A stretch of 64,000 bases of DNA from an uncultured Bacilli bacterium (GCA_944368975.1 CALVXI010000002.1:12513-76512); one strand, 5' to 3'; positions 38,955 to 50,973 are shown, counted from the first letter of the stretch. Program-made: numbers and translations. The notes: generated by a model not told the origin, from the sequence alone.

Positions 38955-38985
38955 TTAAAAACTATGCTTCATACATAGTTTTTAA
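38955..38985 (-). terminator. Stem-loop between the small membrane gene and the DUF308-like gene
   Basis: TTAAAAACTATG-N7-CATAGTTTTTAA. Confidence 0.5.
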
Positions 38986-38998
38986 ATTTAAATTTCTT

Positions 38999-39229
38999 TT
39001 AATCTGCCCAGAATAAATGTTTAAAGAGCAATACCCAAATTAAATCAAGATAACCTAATACAATTCCAAAGATTGTATAAGCTAAAGCTAAAATTAATCT
39101 AATTAATCCCTTTTTGTGTAACCAGTTTGACCATCTTACAAGAATTTCAGTGATCCAGTTAACACCAGGAATTAATAAAAGTAAGGCTTGAATTAATCGT
39201 GGTAAATTGTTAAATGACTTATAAATCAT
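38999..39229 (-). CDS. Small membrane protein (76 aa)
   Basis: RBS AAGGAG/GAAGGA upstream; two hydrophobic segments. Confidence 0.7.
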   Translation of the reverse strand: MIYKSFNNLPRLIQALLLLIPGVNWITEILVRWSNWLHKKGLIRLILALAYTIFGIVLGYLDLIWVLLFKHLFWAD

Positions 39230-39417
39230 AATCCTTCATCTCCTTTAATTTATTATATCACGCATAGAATAAAATAAAGTATTTTTTATTTATTTAAATA
39301 AAATATTGCTTAATATTTTTTTAGTGAATTAAGAACGTTTTTTAAAATTTTAATTTACGCTTATAATTAGAGATTGCATGATTTTTCTTTCGAAAACCTT
39401 GCAAAAGTAAGGTTTTT

Positions 39418-40878
39418 TTAGTTTTCTTCTACTATAGTTTTCTCTTCAATTACATTAGTTTTATTTTGAAATAATTTGTTATTTAAAATTTTAATAACAA
39501 TAATTCCAACTAAGAAGATAACACCTAGAACCATAAATATAATTGGCATTACAATACTAATTTCTGGTGAAACTGTTGTAGAAAGAAGTTTCTCATAAAT
39601 ATAAGGAACACAAACTAAATCAACGATTAATAAAATAATTCCAATTAAGATTAAAGAGATACTTGCTGTAAACCCAGATGTTATTGCTTTTTTACTAAAT
39701 GAATTTCCAAAATGAATTAATGATTCGTTAATAAATCTAATTAGAGATTCGACAAATGATAAAACAAATGCGACTAAGAAAAATACACAAATTGTATTAC
39801 CAACATAATTTAATACAAATTCATTCCACATATCATCTGTTGCATAAGGGTATAAAGAAATACCTAAACTAGTTAATTGCCCATAATATGGTTGAATGCC
39901 AGAAGAAAGACTACTTTCTTCCATTGTAAGACTATATAAACCTAATCCAAATAAAGATAAAGAAACGATTCCAATAATGGTAATTACACTACTAGAAATA
40001 CCTGAGAATAAATATCCTTTTAAATTACCATTATATCCTTTAACAATACCATTTAAGACTAAGCTTGCTAATAAGAATATAGCACCAAGAATAATTCCAG
40101 CAATAGTCGCACCATTTAAACTATAACCAATACTTATTCCACTTGTGTTTGTTTTTGTTGCAATAAATAACATGAAAATACAAGCTAAAGCTAAATAAAT
40201 AAAGTAAGCATTAATTCCGTATTTTGTTAAATTTCCATCTTTTTCTTTGATGTATTTAATACCAGCCTTAATAGCAAAAGCTATATTTATAATTGTAAAT
40301 ACAAAAGCTAGAATTATAACTATTAAGCCTAATAAACTAGAAGGTAAAATTAATTCACTTGCATCAGCAGTTCCAATAACTTCAAATGCATCTGAGAAAA
40401 AGTAATAAATATTTAATTGAAGACCTGTATCAGCAGAAGCTCCCCCTGAACTAATAGTAGGTGTAGCACCAACTAAGAAAACGAATATTGTTGAAAATAA
40501 AATTACTAAGCAGGTAGATATTTGTGAAATTAAACTAAGGATACTTTTAACTTTAGTTTTAGGTTTACTTGAAACTTTATTTTCACTTAAAGAACTAGAA
40601 GTTTCTTTGTTAACAGAAGCCTTAGTATGTTTTGCTAATGCTTCGTGTTTAGTTTCATTTTCCTTGCTTAATTCAGCTTCCTTTTTAAAAGGTAAGTTTT
40701 TTTCAACAATTGCATTGCGGTTAGAACCACAATAAATACAATATTCGCCATCAGCTGGAGTTAATTTTCCACAAGTTGGACAAATACTATTGCCATCAAG
40801 CCTTCTACCACATTTTTTGCAAAAAACTGCATCTTGTTGGTTTTCTTGGCCACAGCGTGCACATATCATATGTATCAT
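39418..40878 (-). CDS. Double zinc-ribbon domain membrane protein
   Basis: CARCG, FCKKCG, CPTCG, YCIYCG followed by about 9 TM helices; GGAGGA RBS before ATG 40878. Confidence 0.8.
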   Translation of the reverse strand: MIHMICARCGQENQQDAVFCKKCGRRLDGNSICPTCGKLTPADGEYCIYCGSNRNAIVEKNLPFKKEAELSKENETKHEALAKHTKASVNKETSSSLSENKVSSKPKTKVKSILSLISQISTCLVILFSTIFVFLVGATPTISSGGASADTGLQLNIYYFFSDAFEVIGTADASELILPSSLLGLIVIILAFVFTIINIAFAIKAGIKYIKEKDGNLTKYGINAYFIYLALACIFMLFIATKTNTSGISIGYSLNGATIAGIILGAIFLLASLVLNGIVKGYNGNLKGYLFSGISSSVITIIGIVSLSLFGLGLYSLTMEESSLSSGIQPYYGQLTSLGISLYPYATDDMWNEFVLNYVGNTICVFFLVAFVLSFVESLIRFINESLIHFGNSFSKKAITSGFTASISLILIGIILLIVDLVCVPYIYEKLLSTTVSPEISIVMPIIFMVLGVIFLVGIIVIKILNNKLFQNKTNVIEEKTIVEEN

Positions 40879-41016
40879 TCCTCCTGATTTATTTATTATA
40901 AAGCTCGGTATTGTCAAATTCAATTTTTGATATTTTTATTTATATTTTATACATCTTATTATTGTCGATATTATCTTATTAAAATAAAACATGTTAAGAA
41001 AATATTTTCAAAAAAA

Positions 41017-41043
41017 TTAGCACTCTCTATTGACAAGTGCTAA
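41017..41043 (+). promoter_or_regulatory. CIRCE element (HrcA operator) overlapping the -35 of the clpB promoter
   Basis: TTAGCACTC-N9-AAGTGCTAA (one mismatch to consensus); TTGACA 41030, TATAAT 41052. Confidence 0.92.
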
Positions 41044-41082
41044 AAAATATTTATAATTATTGCTTGTAGGAGGTAAAGTAAA

Positions 41083-43206
41083 ATGATGAATAACGGAATG
41101 CAAGATTATCAAAATGATGAAAACATACTCCAAAAATTTGGGCGCCTTATTACTGAAGAAGTAAAAAATAATAAAGTGGACCCTGTTATTGGAAGAGATG
41201 AAGAAATTCGTAAAATAATAACTGTTTTAGCTAGAAAAACTAAGAACAATGTTATTCTTTTAGGTGAGCCTGGTGTTGGTAAAACAGCGATCATTGAAGG
41301 ACTTGCTCAAAGAATTGTTAATAATGATGTACCTCAAACTTTAAAAGATAAGGAAATTTTTGAACTTGATATGGGAGCTCTTATAGCAGGAGCAAAATAT
41401 CAAGGTGAATTTGAAGAAAGACTCAAAGCAGTTTTAAACAAAATTAAAGAAAGTAATCATAAAATCATAATGTTTATTGATGAAATTCACCTTATTGTAG
41501 GGGCAGGTAGAACTCAAGGAGCAATGGATGCTTCAAATATGTTAAAACCAATGCTAGCTAGAGGTGACATCGATTGTATTGGTGCTACTACTTTAAGTGA
41601 GTATCAACAATACATTGAAAAAGATAGAGCTTTAGAAAGACGTTTTCAACCAATTATGGTTAATGAACCTTCTAAAGAAGATACTTTGTCTATTTTAAGA
41701 GGATTAAAATCAAGATTTGAGTCACATCATGGTGTTAAAATTACAGATAATGCTTTAGTTGCTGCTGTTAATTATTCTACAAGATACATTACTAATAGAT
41801 TTTTACCAGATAAAGCAATTGATTTAATTGATGAGGCGTGTGCTGAAACTCGTGTAGAAATTGAGTCTATGCCAAGTGAACTTGATGAAGTTAATCGTAA
41901 AATTAGACAACTTGAAATCGAAAAACTTGCTTTAGAGCAAGAAAAAGATGAACAATCTCAATTAAGATTAAATAAATTAATAAAAGAATTAAATGATCTT
42001 AAAAATGAGTCTAATGAATTAACTAATAAATGGAAGAAAGAAAAAGAAGAAATTACTAGATTAAAGGAATTAAAGTCAAAATTAGATAAATTAAATTTTG
42101 ATCTTAATCAATCTTATAATGCTGGTGATTTTAAAAAAGCTAGTGAGATACAATATCGTGAGATTCCATTAGTAAAAGAAGAGATTAATAAAATTGAACT
42201 TGATGAAAAATCTACAAAAAGAATACTTTCTGATGAAATAACTGAAGAAAATATTGCTGAAATTGTTAGTAAAATGACTAATATTCCAGTTAGTAGAATT
42301 ACAAAAGGTGACAAAGAAAGAGTTCTTAACTTAAAAGAAACTTTAAGTAAAAGAGTTATTGGCCAAGATGATGCTTTAACTTTAGTTAGTGATGCGATTC
42401 TTAGACAAAGAGCTGGAATTAAGGATCAAAATAGACCAATTGGTAGTTTCTTATTTTTAGGTCCTACTGGTGTTGGTAAAACTGAAGTAGCTAAAGCTCT
42501 TGCTGAAGCTTTATTTGATAGTGATACGCATATTATTAGATTAGATATGAGTGAATACATGGAGAAATATAGTGTAAGTAGACTTCTTGGTGCTCCTCCA
42601 GGATATGTTGGATATGAAGAAGGAGGTCAACTTACTGAACCTGTTAGAAGAAATCCATATTCTATTGTTTTATTTGATGAAATTGAAAAAGCAAATCCAG
42701 AAATATTTAATGTTTTACTTCAAATAATGGACGATGGAAGATTAACTGATTCTCAAGGAAGAGTAGTTGATTTTAAAAATACGATTATCATTATGACTAG
42801 TAATTTAGGTAGTGAGGAAATTCTTCATGGTAATAAAGATGAAGTATTTAATTTATTAAGAAATTACTTTAAACCTGAATTTTTAAATCGTATTGACGAA
42901 GTAGTTTACTTCAATAGTTTAACTAAAGACGTTCAACTTAAAATTGCTGATAAATTATTAAATGATCTTTCAATTCGTTTAAGTAATGAATACTATCAAG
43001 TAATATTTAATAAAAATGTTAGCAAATATGTTCTTGATAAAGCTTATTCAAATGAATTTGGTGCTAGACCATTAAAGAGATTTATTCAACATAATATCGA
43101 AACAGTTTTAGCTAGAAAAATAATAAATGAAGAAATAAAAGTTAACACACCATATGAAGTAAATATCGTTAATGAAGAATTAATTATTAAACCTCTAAAA
43201 AAATAA
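41083..43206 (+). CDS. clpB: ClpB chaperone, short form lacking the N-terminal domain
   Basis: [18 protein letters not shown], coiled-coil M domain, [15 protein letters not shown]; 707 aa. Confidence 0.9.
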   Translation: MMNNGMQDYQNDENILQKFGRLITEEVKNNKVDPVIGRDEEIRKIITVLARKTKNNVILLGEPGVGKTAIIEGLAQRIVNNDVPQTLKDKEIFELDMGALIAGAKYQGEFEERLKAVLNKIKESNHKIIMFIDEIHLIVGAGRTQGAMDASNMLKPMLARGDIDCIGATTLSEYQQYIEKDRALERRFQPIMVNEPSKEDTLSILRGLKSRFESHHGVKITDNALVAAVNYSTRYITNRFLPDKAIDLIDEACAETRVEIESMPSELDEVNRKIRQLEIEKLALEQEKDEQSQLRLNKLIKELNDLKNESNELTNKWKKEKEEITRLKELKSKLDKLNFDLNQSYNAGDFKKASEIQYREIPLVKEEINKIELDEKSTKRILSDEITEENIAEIVSKMTNIPVSRITKGDKERVLNLKETLSKRVIGQDDALTLVSDAILRQRAGIKDQNRPIGSFLFLGPTGVGKTEVAKALAEALFDSDTHIIRLDMSEYMEKYSVSRLLGAPPGYVGYEEGGQLTEPVRRNPYSIVLFDEIEKANPEIFNVLLQIMDDGRLTDSQGRVVDFKNTIIIMTSNLGSEEILHGNKDEVFNLLRNYFKPEFLNRIDEVVYFNSLTKDVQLKIADKLLNDLSIRLSNEYYQVIFNKNVSKYVLDKAYSNEFGARPLKRFIQHNIETVLARKIINEEIKVNTPYEVNIVNEELIIKPLKK

Positions 43207-43235
43207 AAAACCTTCAAAACTAGAATATTTTTAGG

Positions 43236-43274
43236 AAAAATGACTTACAATTTAATTAAAGTAAGTCATTTTTT
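43236..43274 (+). terminator. Rho-independent terminator
   Basis: AAAAATGACTTAC-N12-GTAAGTCATTTTT. Confidence 0.75.
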
Positions 43275-43357
43275 GTTGTAATGAAAATTTACATTTTAAT
43301 TACATTTGTAAAATTTTTGATAGTTTTTATTATTTTAGTTTGATAATATTTTGTCGT

Positions 43358-44467
43358 ATGAATTTCCAGGACATTTTTGTTTTGATGAGTGAATACCCTA
43401 TATTAATACTTTGCTTGTTATTGGTATTAGGTGTCGTATTCGTTAATGGATGGACTGATGCTCCTAATTCTATTGCAACCTGTATTTCAACAAAAAGTAT
43501 TAAACCTAAATATGCATTAATAATGGCGGCTATATGTAACTTACTTGGTGTTCTTGTAGCTTTTTTCTTTTTAGATGCCGTTGCTTATACAATTCAAGAT
43601 ATGGTTGATTTTTCGATGGCTTCTCCTAGTGATGCTTTAGTTGCTTTAAGTTCAGGGATGTTAGGAGTTTGTGCTTGGGGAGTATTAACTTGGTATTTTG
43701 GAATTCCATCAAGTGAATCTCATAGTTTAATTGGTGGATTAACAGGAGCAGGGCTTGCTTGTATGACATTAAATTTAAATGTTTCTATACCATTTGGGCC
43801 AACAAGTAGCTGGGCTTTAACTTTATATGGCTTATTTGGTTCAATATTATTTGGCTTTTTTGTTGGTTTAGGTTTTACTAAATTAATCCAATTTATTTTT
43901 AAAAAAGTTAATAGAAGTAAATTAAGGAAACCATTTAGATATGCTCAAATTTTTAGTGGCGGATGTTTAGCATTTGCTCATGGAGCTCAAGATGGATTGA
44001 AGTTTGTTGGTATTTTTGTTATGGCAATTAATTTTGCAGCTAGTGCACATAATTTAAATGTCGGTTATGAGGAAATAGTAATTTTAGAAGAATTAGGAAA
44101 TAATTTATGGTGGGTTGCAGCAATTGTTGCTTTAGTAATTGGTGCTGGAACTTGTATTGGAGGATTTAAAATTATTAAAAAGATAGGACAGGGCCTATCA
44201 AAAATGGAATCTTATCAAGGATTTTGCAGTGATTTAACTAGTGGTGTTGGTATTATTTTAGCTAGTGCTATTGGTTTACCTATTTCGACAAGTCAGGTTG
44301 CAACTAGTTCTATTTTAGGAGTTGGAGCCGCTAAAGGAATTAAAAGAGTTAAATGGAAGGCATTTATTGAGATGGTTATAACTTGGGTATGTTGTTTCCC
44401 AGGAACTATTTTAATTGGTTATATTTTTACACTTATTTTCTTATCAATACCAGGCTTAGGAGGTTAG
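43358..44467 (+). CDS. pit: Inorganic phosphate transporter (PiT family)
   Basis: NGWTDAPNSIAT, GIPSSESHSLIGG, AHGAQDG, GLPISTSQ; start could be a few codons either side. Confidence 0.92.
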   Translation: MNFQDIFVLMSEYPILILCLLLVLGVVFVNGWTDAPNSIATCISTKSIKPKYALIMAAICNLLGVLVAFFFLDAVAYTIQDMVDFSMASPSDALVALSSGMLGVCAWGVLTWYFGIPSSESHSLIGGLTGAGLACMTLNLNVSIPFGPTSSWALTLYGLFGSILFGFFVGLGFTKLIQFIFKKVNRSKLRKPFRYAQIFSGGCLAFAHGAQDGLKFVGIFVMAINFAASAHNLNVGYEEIVILEELGNNLWWVAAIVALVIGAGTCIGGFKIIKKIGQGLSKMESYQGFCSDLTSGVGIILASAIGLPISTSQVATSSILGVGAAKGIKRVKWKAFIEMVITWVCCFPGTILIGYIFTLIFLSIPGLGG

Positions 44468-44473
44468 TAGATT

Positions 44474-45094
44474 ATGAAAAAGAGATCAAATTTTTTCTAT
44501 GATTCATTTGTTGAACAAATTAATTATGCTGTTAAAGCTATGTCTATCTTAAAAGAAGGTTTATTAAATTTTGATGGTATTGATACTTTAACTTTAAAAA
44601 ATAATGTTCATGAAGTTGAACATAATGCTGATATTATGAAGCATCAGTTAGAGGAAAAACTTGCTAAAGAATTTATAACTCCAATTGACCGTGAAGATAT
44701 TTTTGTTCTTTATGATAATATTGATGATTTAATTGATGCTATTGATGAAGTTAGCTATAAGATCTATTTAAGAAATTATAAGTCTCTTCCTAATAATATT
44801 GAATTATTTATCAATAAATCATTGGATGCTGTTAATTATTTAAAAGATGTTTTAGCATCTTTTAAATATATTGATGATAAGAAAATTATGGATCCTCTTT
44901 TAAGTAAAGTAATTGAAATTGAAGAAGAAGTAGATAAACTTTATGAAGAAAATGTCCATCATTTATATTTAAGTGAACTTGATTATAAAGTAACAACTAC
45001 TTTTGAAAAAGTATATGGATATTTTGAATACATTACTGATAAATGTCGCGATGTATGTAAAACAATAAGTGTTATTATGTACAAAAACTTGTAA
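44474..45094 (+). CDS. DUF47 / PhoU-like Pit accessory protein
   Basis: EHNAD, FITPIDREDI, EEEVD; adjacent to pit. Confidence 0.9.
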   Translation: MKKRSNFFYDSFVEQINYAVKAMSILKEGLLNFDGIDTLTLKNNVHEVEHNADIMKHQLEEKLAKEFITPIDREDIFVLYDNIDDLIDAIDEVSYKIYLRNYKSLPNNIELFINKSLDAVNYLKDVLASFKYIDDKKIMDPLLSKVIEIEEEVDKLYEENVHHLYLSELDYKVTTTFEKVYGYFEYITDKCRDVCKTISVIMYKNL

Positions 45095-45185
45095 AATAGT
45101 TGAGTTTTGCAAGGATTTTGAATTCTTATAAAAAGTGTTTGCAATTAATAATTATTTATATTAATATTATTAAGCACACATAAGT

Positions 45186-45276
45186 GGAGTAATACCCAAG
45201 TTGGTGAAGGGGCTTCCCTGCTAAGGAAGTAGACGGCGTAAGTCGTGCGAGAGTTCGAGTCTCTCTTACTCCGCCA
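45186..45276 (+). tRNA. tRNA-Ser (GCT)
   Basis: GGAGTAA/TTACTCC acceptor stem, anticodon loop CTGCTAA, long variable arm, GTTCGAG T-loop, encoded CCA. Confidence 0.96.
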
Positions 45277-45287
45277 AAATGAAGATT

Positions 45288-45311
45288 AGTTCGACTAAGG
45301 TCGAACTTTTT
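45288..45311 (+). terminator. Rho-independent terminator after tRNA-Ser
   Basis: AGTTCGAC-TAAG-GTCGAACT followed by TTTT. Confidence 0.8.
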
Positions 45312-45441
45312 ATTTGCGTAATAGATTAAGCGTTTTTGAATTTGAACCTTCGTGAAATGATAGTAATAGTCTAAGTATAATAATTGAATCTATTTAGTTT
45401 TAAAATCTAATAATCATATCTTTTAAAAATAATTATTATAG

Positions 45442-45986
45442 TTATTCTATTACATTTAGCTTTAAAATAAATAAAGAATAAAAAATTGGAGTTCCACTAA
45501 AATCTTTATTTACTAATTTAAGAGCAAGAAAATATTTAGGATCAACATTAAAAGGACTATTAATATTAAATAACAATACTTCAAGAAAGTTAAATTTCTT
45601 ATAAAATTTAGGATCTCCTAATACTAAAATTAATGGATAATTTAACTTTTTAATTTCATTTATTGAATAGTTTATTAATAAAGTTTCTAGGCCATTATTT
45701 TGACATTTTTCACTTATTGCAATAGGAGCTAACACTAAAATTGTTTCATTATTTAATGCCATTTCCGTAAATAATAAATAGCCGATACTCTCATTATTAA
45801 GTTTTAAAATAAAGATTAGATTAATAATATAATTTGAACTATTTCTTAAATTTGAAACTAATATATGTTCATCGTGATTTATAAAGAGATGATCTTTAAA
45901 ACTTCAACTAATAAATCATTAATTTTTTATAGTCATTAATATTTTTTTACTATTTTTATATCGTTAATTAAGCGATTATTTTTCAT
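45442..45986 (-). pseudogene. GNAT (YhbS-like) acetyltransferase pseudogene
   Basis: Frame FKDHLFINHDEHILVSNLR...VLAPIAI...VLGDPKFYKKFNF is open upstream of the tracked ATG; 5' part from ATG 45986 is frameshifted. Confidence 0.75.
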
Positions 45987-46030
45987 AAAATTATCATAAC
46001 ATTTTTATTCAGATAACTTATAATAAATTC

Positions 46031-46501
46031 ATGAACGAATTAAAATATAAAATTATATAAATTACTAATAATAAAGATTATATTATTAAAGCAAGTGAAT
46101 TTTTCCATAATGTTTGGAATATTGATATTAATGAATATATTTTAAGTATGAAAGAATCTTTAAATAAGAAATTAGCTTTTCCTAAATGGCATATTGCTTT
46201 AATTAATGAAGAAATAATAGGAGGAGTAGGAGTAATATTTAATGATTTTCATAAAGAGAAAGATTTATATCCTAATATTTGTGCTTTATATGTAAAAGAA
46301 GAGTATCGAAATAAAAAAATCGCTACTAATTTAATCAATAAAGTTTGTAGCGATTTAATTAGTTATAAAATTAATAAAGTATATCTAATAACCTCTCATA
46401 CTAATTTTTATGAAAAATTAGGATTTAAATATTTAAAGGATGTTCATGAAGAAGATGATAATTTAATTAGAATGTATGTTAAAGATTTAGTTAGCTTTTA
46501 A
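46031..46501 (+). pseudogene. GNAT acetyltransferase with an in-frame stop at codon 10
   Basis: ATG 46031 (6 nt after TATAAT) is in frame with ORF 46148; TAA at 46058-46060; ALYVKEEYRNKKIA, FYEKLGF. Confidence 0.7.
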
Positions 46502-47215
46502 GATATTTCTAGCTAATTCAATTTCTTCATTAGTAGGTAATCTTGTATTAATTAACTTATATTTAATATTTAATTCTTGATATTTAGAAATTGCTAAATT
46601 GTGATATGGAAGGACTTCAATTTTTTTAATATTACTTAAAGTATCAAGAAATTTTCTTAACTTTTTTAAATCATCAATATTTAAAGTTAGTCCTGGCACA
46701 ATTACATGTCTTATCCAAACTGGAAAGTTCAATTTATTTAAAAAACCTGCTAGATCTAAGATATTTTTATTAGTTTTGCCAGTTAATTTAATATGTTTTT
46801 GTTCATCGATTTCTTTAATATCTAATAAAATTAAATCAGTATAATCTAAAAGTTCTTTAAATTTATTTAACCAATTTATATTATTTTCTTCAAAAGGTCC
46901 ACCAGAGGTATCAATACATGTATTGATACCATATTTTTTAGCTTCTTTAAATAAAGATATTAAAAAGTCAATTTGTAAAAGTGGTTCACCTCCACTAACA
47001 GTAATTCCACCTTCATTACCCCAATATTCTTTATAGCGTAAAGCTTTATTTATTAATTCAGTTGAATCAATTTCATATCCTTTATTTAAATCCCATGTTT
47101 CAGGATTATGACAATATAAGCAACGAAATTGACATCCTTGAGTAAAAATTACAAATCGAATACCAGGACCATCAACTGATCCAAAAGTTTCTATTGAACT
47201 TATTCTTCCTTTCAT
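46487..47215 (-). CDS. pflA: Pyruvate formate-lyase activating enzyme
   Basis: ETFGSVDGPGIR, CQFRCLYCHNPETW, SGGEPLLQ. Confidence 0.95.
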   Translation of the reverse strand: MKGRISSIETFGSVDGPGIRFVIFTQGCQFRCLYCHNPETWDLNKGYEIDSTELINKALRYKEYWGNEGGITVSGGEPLLQIDFLISLFKEAKKYGINTCIDTSGGPFEENNINWLNKFKELLDYTDLILLDIKEIDEQKHIKLTGKTNKNILDLAGFLNKLNFPVWIRHVIVPGLTLNIDDLKKLRKFLDTLSNIKKIEVLPYHNLAISKYQELNIKYKLINTRLPTNEEIELARNILKAN

Positions 47216-47217
47216 TT

Positions 47218-49461
47218 TTATAAAGTCTTATGGCATGTACGAGCAATAACATCTTTTTGTTGCTCTTTAGTTAAATCAATAAATTTAACAGCATATCCTG
47301 AAACTCTTATTGTAAAGTTTTGATATTCTTCTTTTTCAGGATGTTCCATAGCATCAATAAGTTTCTCTAAACCAAAAACATTAACATTTAAATGATGTGC
47401 TCCTTTAATAAAGTAGCCATCAAGTAAACTTACTAATGTTTTAATTCTTTCTTCCTTTGTATGACCTAAAGCACTAGGAGAAATAGTTTGAGTATTAGAA
47501 ATTCCATCTAAAGCAAATTCATAAGGGAGTTTAGCAACAGAATTTAAACTTGCAAGTAAACCATTTTTTTCTGCTCCATAAGATGGGTTTGCTCCTGGAG
47601 AAAGTGGAACAAAAGCTTTTCTTCCATCAGGAAGAGCTCCAGTAAATTTACCATAAACTACATTTGAAGTAATTGTTAAAATAGAAGTAGTTGGTTCACT
47701 ATTTCGATATGTGTGATTACTTGCAATTTTGCGCATAAAAGTTTTAAGTAACCAAATTGCAATATCATCAGCTCGATCATCATCATTTCCATAACGAGGG
47801 AAATCACCTTCAACTCGATAATCAATAGCTAAACCATTTTCATCACGAATTGTTTTTACCTTTGCATATTTTATAGCGCTTAAACTATCAACGACATGAG
47901 AAAATCCTGCAATGCCAGTGGCAAATGTACGTCTTACATTAGTATCAATTAAAGCCATCTCTAATGCTTCATAATAATATTTATCATGCATATAGTGAAT
48001 TAAATTTAATGTATTGACGTATAAAGAAGCTAACCAGTCCATCATTAAATCAAATTTATGTATTACTTCATCGCAATTTAAATATTCGCTTGTGATAGGC
48101 GCTATTTCTGGCCCAATTTGTTCTTTACTTTTTTCATCAACTCCACCATTAATTGCATAAAGTAAACATTTTGCTAAGTTAGCTCTAGCTCCAAAAAATT
48201 GCATTTCTTTACCGGTTTCAGTAGCACTAACACAACAGCATATCGAATAATCATCCTTCCAAATAGGACGCATAACTTCGTCATTTTCATATTGAATTGA
48301 ACTTGTATCGATGGATATTTTGGAAGCATATTTTTTAAATGCACTTGGTAAACTATGCGAATATAAAACAGTTAAATTTGGTTCAGGAGAAGGACCCATA
48401 TTTTCTAATGTGTGTAAGAAACGGAAATCGTTTTTAGTAACTAATGTTCTACCATCCATCCCCATTCCGCCAACTTCTAAAGTTGCCCAAACAGGATCTC
48501 CAGAAAAAAGTTCATTATAAGAAGGGATCCTAGCAAATTTAACCATTCTAAATTTCATTACTAAATGATCAATTAATTCTTGAGCTTCTTTTTCAGTTAT
48601 TAATCCTTTTTTTAAGTCTCTTTCAATATATATATCTAAGAAAGTAGAAATTCTACCAACAGACATTGCTGCCCCATTTTGAGTTTTAATAGCACCTAAA
48701 TAGCCAAAATAAAGCCATTGAACTGCCTCTTTAGCATTACTTGCTGGTTTTGAAATATCATAGCCATAATCATTAGCCATAATTTTTAATTCTTTTAAAG
48801 CTTTAATTTGATCAGCAATTTCTTCTCTTAGACGAATAACATCGTCAGTCATGACCTTGCCAGTATAAAATAGATCCTCTTTTTTCTTTTCAATCAAAAA
48901 ATCAACACCATATAAAGCAACTCGACGATAATCTCCAACAATTCTTCCTCGACCATAAGTATCTGGTAAACCAGTAATAATATGAGAATGACGTGCTTTT
49001 TTCATCTCAGGAGTATAAGCATCAAAAACGCCTTGATTGTGTGTTTTATGATATTTGGTAAAAATTTCTTCTAAAGATGGATCAAGTTTATAACCATAAG
49101 TAACTAAACTTTCTTCAGCCATTTTAATGCCACCATAAGGCATAAAAGCTCTTTTTAAAGGCTTATCAGTTTGTAAACCAACAACCTTTTCAATTGAAGG
49201 ATCCTCAGGATTTAGATAAGAGGCTTTATAAGCAGCAATTGAAGAAACAACATGTTCCTCCATATCTAAAACTCCACCTTTTTTTCTTTCCTCAATTTGT
49301 AAGGCCTTTAATTTATTCCATAAATAAGTCGTATTTTCTGTTGGACCTTCTAAAAAAGATTCATCACCTTCATAAGGAGTATAGTTTTTTTGAATAAAAT
49401 CTCGAACATCAACTTCAGTTTCATAATGTCCGCCTTTAAATCCTTCCCACTCTTTAAACAT
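47218..49461 (-). CDS. pflB: Formate C-acetyltransferase (pyruvate formate-lyase)
   Basis: [17 protein letters not shown] active site, glycyl-radical IRVSGYAV. Confidence 0.96.
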   Translation of the reverse strand: MFKEWEGFKGGHYETEVDVRDFIQKNYTPYEGDESFLEGPTENTTYLWNKLKALQIEERKKGGVLDMEEHVVSSIAAYKASYLNPEDPSIEKVVGLQTDKPLKRAFMPYGGIKMAEESLVTYGYKLDPSLEEIFTKYHKTHNQGVFDAYTPEMKKARHSHIITGLPDTYGRGRIVGDYRRVALYGVDFLIEKKKEDLFYTGKVMTDDVIRLREEIADQIKALKELKIMANDYGYDISKPASNAKEAVQWLYFGYLGAIKTQNGAAMSVGRISTFLDIYIERDLKKGLITEKEAQELIDHLVMKFRMVKFARIPSYNELFSGDPVWATLEVGGMGMDGRTLVTKNDFRFLHTLENMGPSPEPNLTVLYSHSLPSAFKKYASKISIDTSSIQYENDEVMRPIWKDDYSICCCVSATETGKEMQFFGARANLAKCLLYAINGGVDEKSKEQIGPEIAPITSEYLNCDEVIHKFDLMMDWLASLYVNTLNLIHYMHDKYYYEALEMALIDTNVRRTFATGIAGFSHVVDSLSAIKYAKVKTIRDENGLAIDYRVEGDFPRYGNDDDRADDIAIWLLKTFMRKIASNHTYRNSEPTTSILTITSNVVYGKFTGALPDGRKAFVPLSPGANPSYGAEKNGLLASLNSVAKLPYEFALDGISNTQTISPSALGHTKEERIKTLVSLLDGYFIKGAHHLNVNVFGLEKLIDAMEHPEKEEYQNFTIRVSGYAVKFIDLTKEQQKDVIARTCHKTL

Positions 49462-49724
49462 AATTTTTACCCTCCTTTAATCGTTAAGATTTTATATGAA
49501 AATAGTTAAATTATCTATTAATATGCAACTCGTTTACATTAATAATATTTTATAAGTAAATAAAATATTTCTTTGCTTAAGAATTATTATAAGTCTTAAA
49601 TTAAAAAATAGTAATATATTTTTAAGTAAATTTAAAAAATAAATTCTTAAAAACCCTGCAAAACCTTAATATTTTTTAGAAAATAAAAAATAATAATGCA
49701 AAAAGATTTAAAAAGATATATTAT

Positions 49725-49812
49725 TAACAACTGGGTGGTAGAGAACTATCTGAGATAAGCGTGAAACTCGCTTGACCGTACCTGATCTAGGTAATGCTAG
49801 CGTAGGAATCTT
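49725..49812 (+). ncRNA. TPP (thi-box) riboswitch
   Basis: GGGTG...CTGAGA...ACCTGATCTAGGTAATGCTAGCGTAGGAA; upstream of a ThiT-like gene; boundaries approximate. Confidence 0.92.
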
Positions 49813-49820
49813 TTTAATTG

Positions 49821-49845
49821 AATTCTACCTAGCGGTAGATTTTTT
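49821..49845 (+). terminator. Riboswitch expression-platform terminator
   Basis: TCTACC-TAGC-GGTAGA followed by T6; left side can alternatively pair with the aptamer 3' end. Confidence 0.75.
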
Positions 49846-49863
49846 AATTTAAAAGGAGGTTTT

Positions 49864-50973
49864 ATGGAAAAATTAAAAAAGCTATTCGCTTATATTGGTA
49901 AAGAAGTATTATTCACTATATTTACTGCAATTATTCTTATTTCATTAATCGCACCAATTTTTGACTTAAGCTTAGAAGCTGATGGTGTAAAAACAGAATT
50001 TAGTATTACTTTCTTAGATTTATTTATTGGAAATAATATTGGTTATATTGATCTTAGTATTGATTTTGTTACTAGCGCAATTATTACTATTTCGTTAGTG
50101 AGTTTAGTTCTTGTCTGGATTAACTTCTTAATTAATAAAGTTTATAAAAAAGATAATAATTTAATCAGTAAAATTAATAGTTTTATTCTCATTATTGCTA
50201 TTATTTTACTTGCTGTTAGTAATTTAATTTTTGCTGAATATTCTTATATTAAAGATGCTGGATATAAGGTTGAATTTAACGATATTGGTTTTATAATTTA
50301 TTTAATTTGTTTAGGTGGAATGGCTCTAATTTCATTAAGTGATATTTTTAAGAAAGTCCATTATGATACTCATGAAATTGTTGAAATTTCAATGCTTATT
50401 TCTTTAGCTATTGTTTTAGATAAATTTGCTTCTATTGACATTGGGGCTACTGGTGGTAGTTTTAATTTTAGTGGAATCCCACTTTTATTAATTGCTGTTA
50501 GATATGGTGTAACTAAATCTCTTATAAGTAGTTCAGTAGTTTTTTCAATCTTAACTTGTTTACTTGATGGTTATGGTTTACAAACTTTACCATTTGACTA
50601 TGTAATTGCTTTTAGTGGCTATGCTTTTGCTGGATTAAGTTATAGCTTAATTGATAAATATTTATTTAAGAATAATTCTAAAAAAGAAATAATTAACATT
50701 ATTATAAGTATGGTAATTGGTGGAATTGGTGTTCTTCTTACAAGAATGATTGGTTCATCAATCTCTTCGATGATTTATTATAATTATAGTTTAGAAGCAG
50801 CATTAGCTTACAATATAGTTTATGTTGGTCCAAGTGCTGCAATATGTGTAGTTGGTGGAATTATTCTTAGTGGTCCTTTAGCATTAATCAATAAACTTTA
50901 TCCTGTAGATCGCTATAAGAAAAACATCACTAAAGTAAATAAAGAAGAAGAAAACATTGTCGAAGAAAAATAA
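49864..50973 (+). CDS. thiT: ECF-type thiamine transporter S component (ThiT-like) with an extra N-terminal membrane domain
   Basis: C-terminal half EISMLISLAIVLD...GGSFNF...PLLLIAVRYG...FDYVIAF; TPP riboswitch upstream. Confidence 0.8.
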   Translation: MEKLKKLFAYIGKEVLFTIFTAIILISLIAPIFDLSLEADGVKTEFSITFLDLFIGNNIGYIDLSIDFVTSAIITISLVSLVLVWINFLINKVYKKDNNLISKINSFILIIAIILLAVSNLIFAEYSYIKDAGYKVEFNDIGFIIYLICLGGMALISLSDIFKKVHYDTHEIVEISMLISLAIVLDKFASIDIGATGGSFNFSGIPLLLIAVRYGVTKSLISSSVVFSILTCLLDGYGLQTLPFDYVIAFSGYAFAGLSYSLIDKYLFKNNSKKEIINIIISMVIGGIGVLLTRMIGSSISSMIYYNYSLEAALAYNIVYVGPSAAICVVGGIILSGPLALINKLYPVDRYKKNITKVNKEEENIVEEK

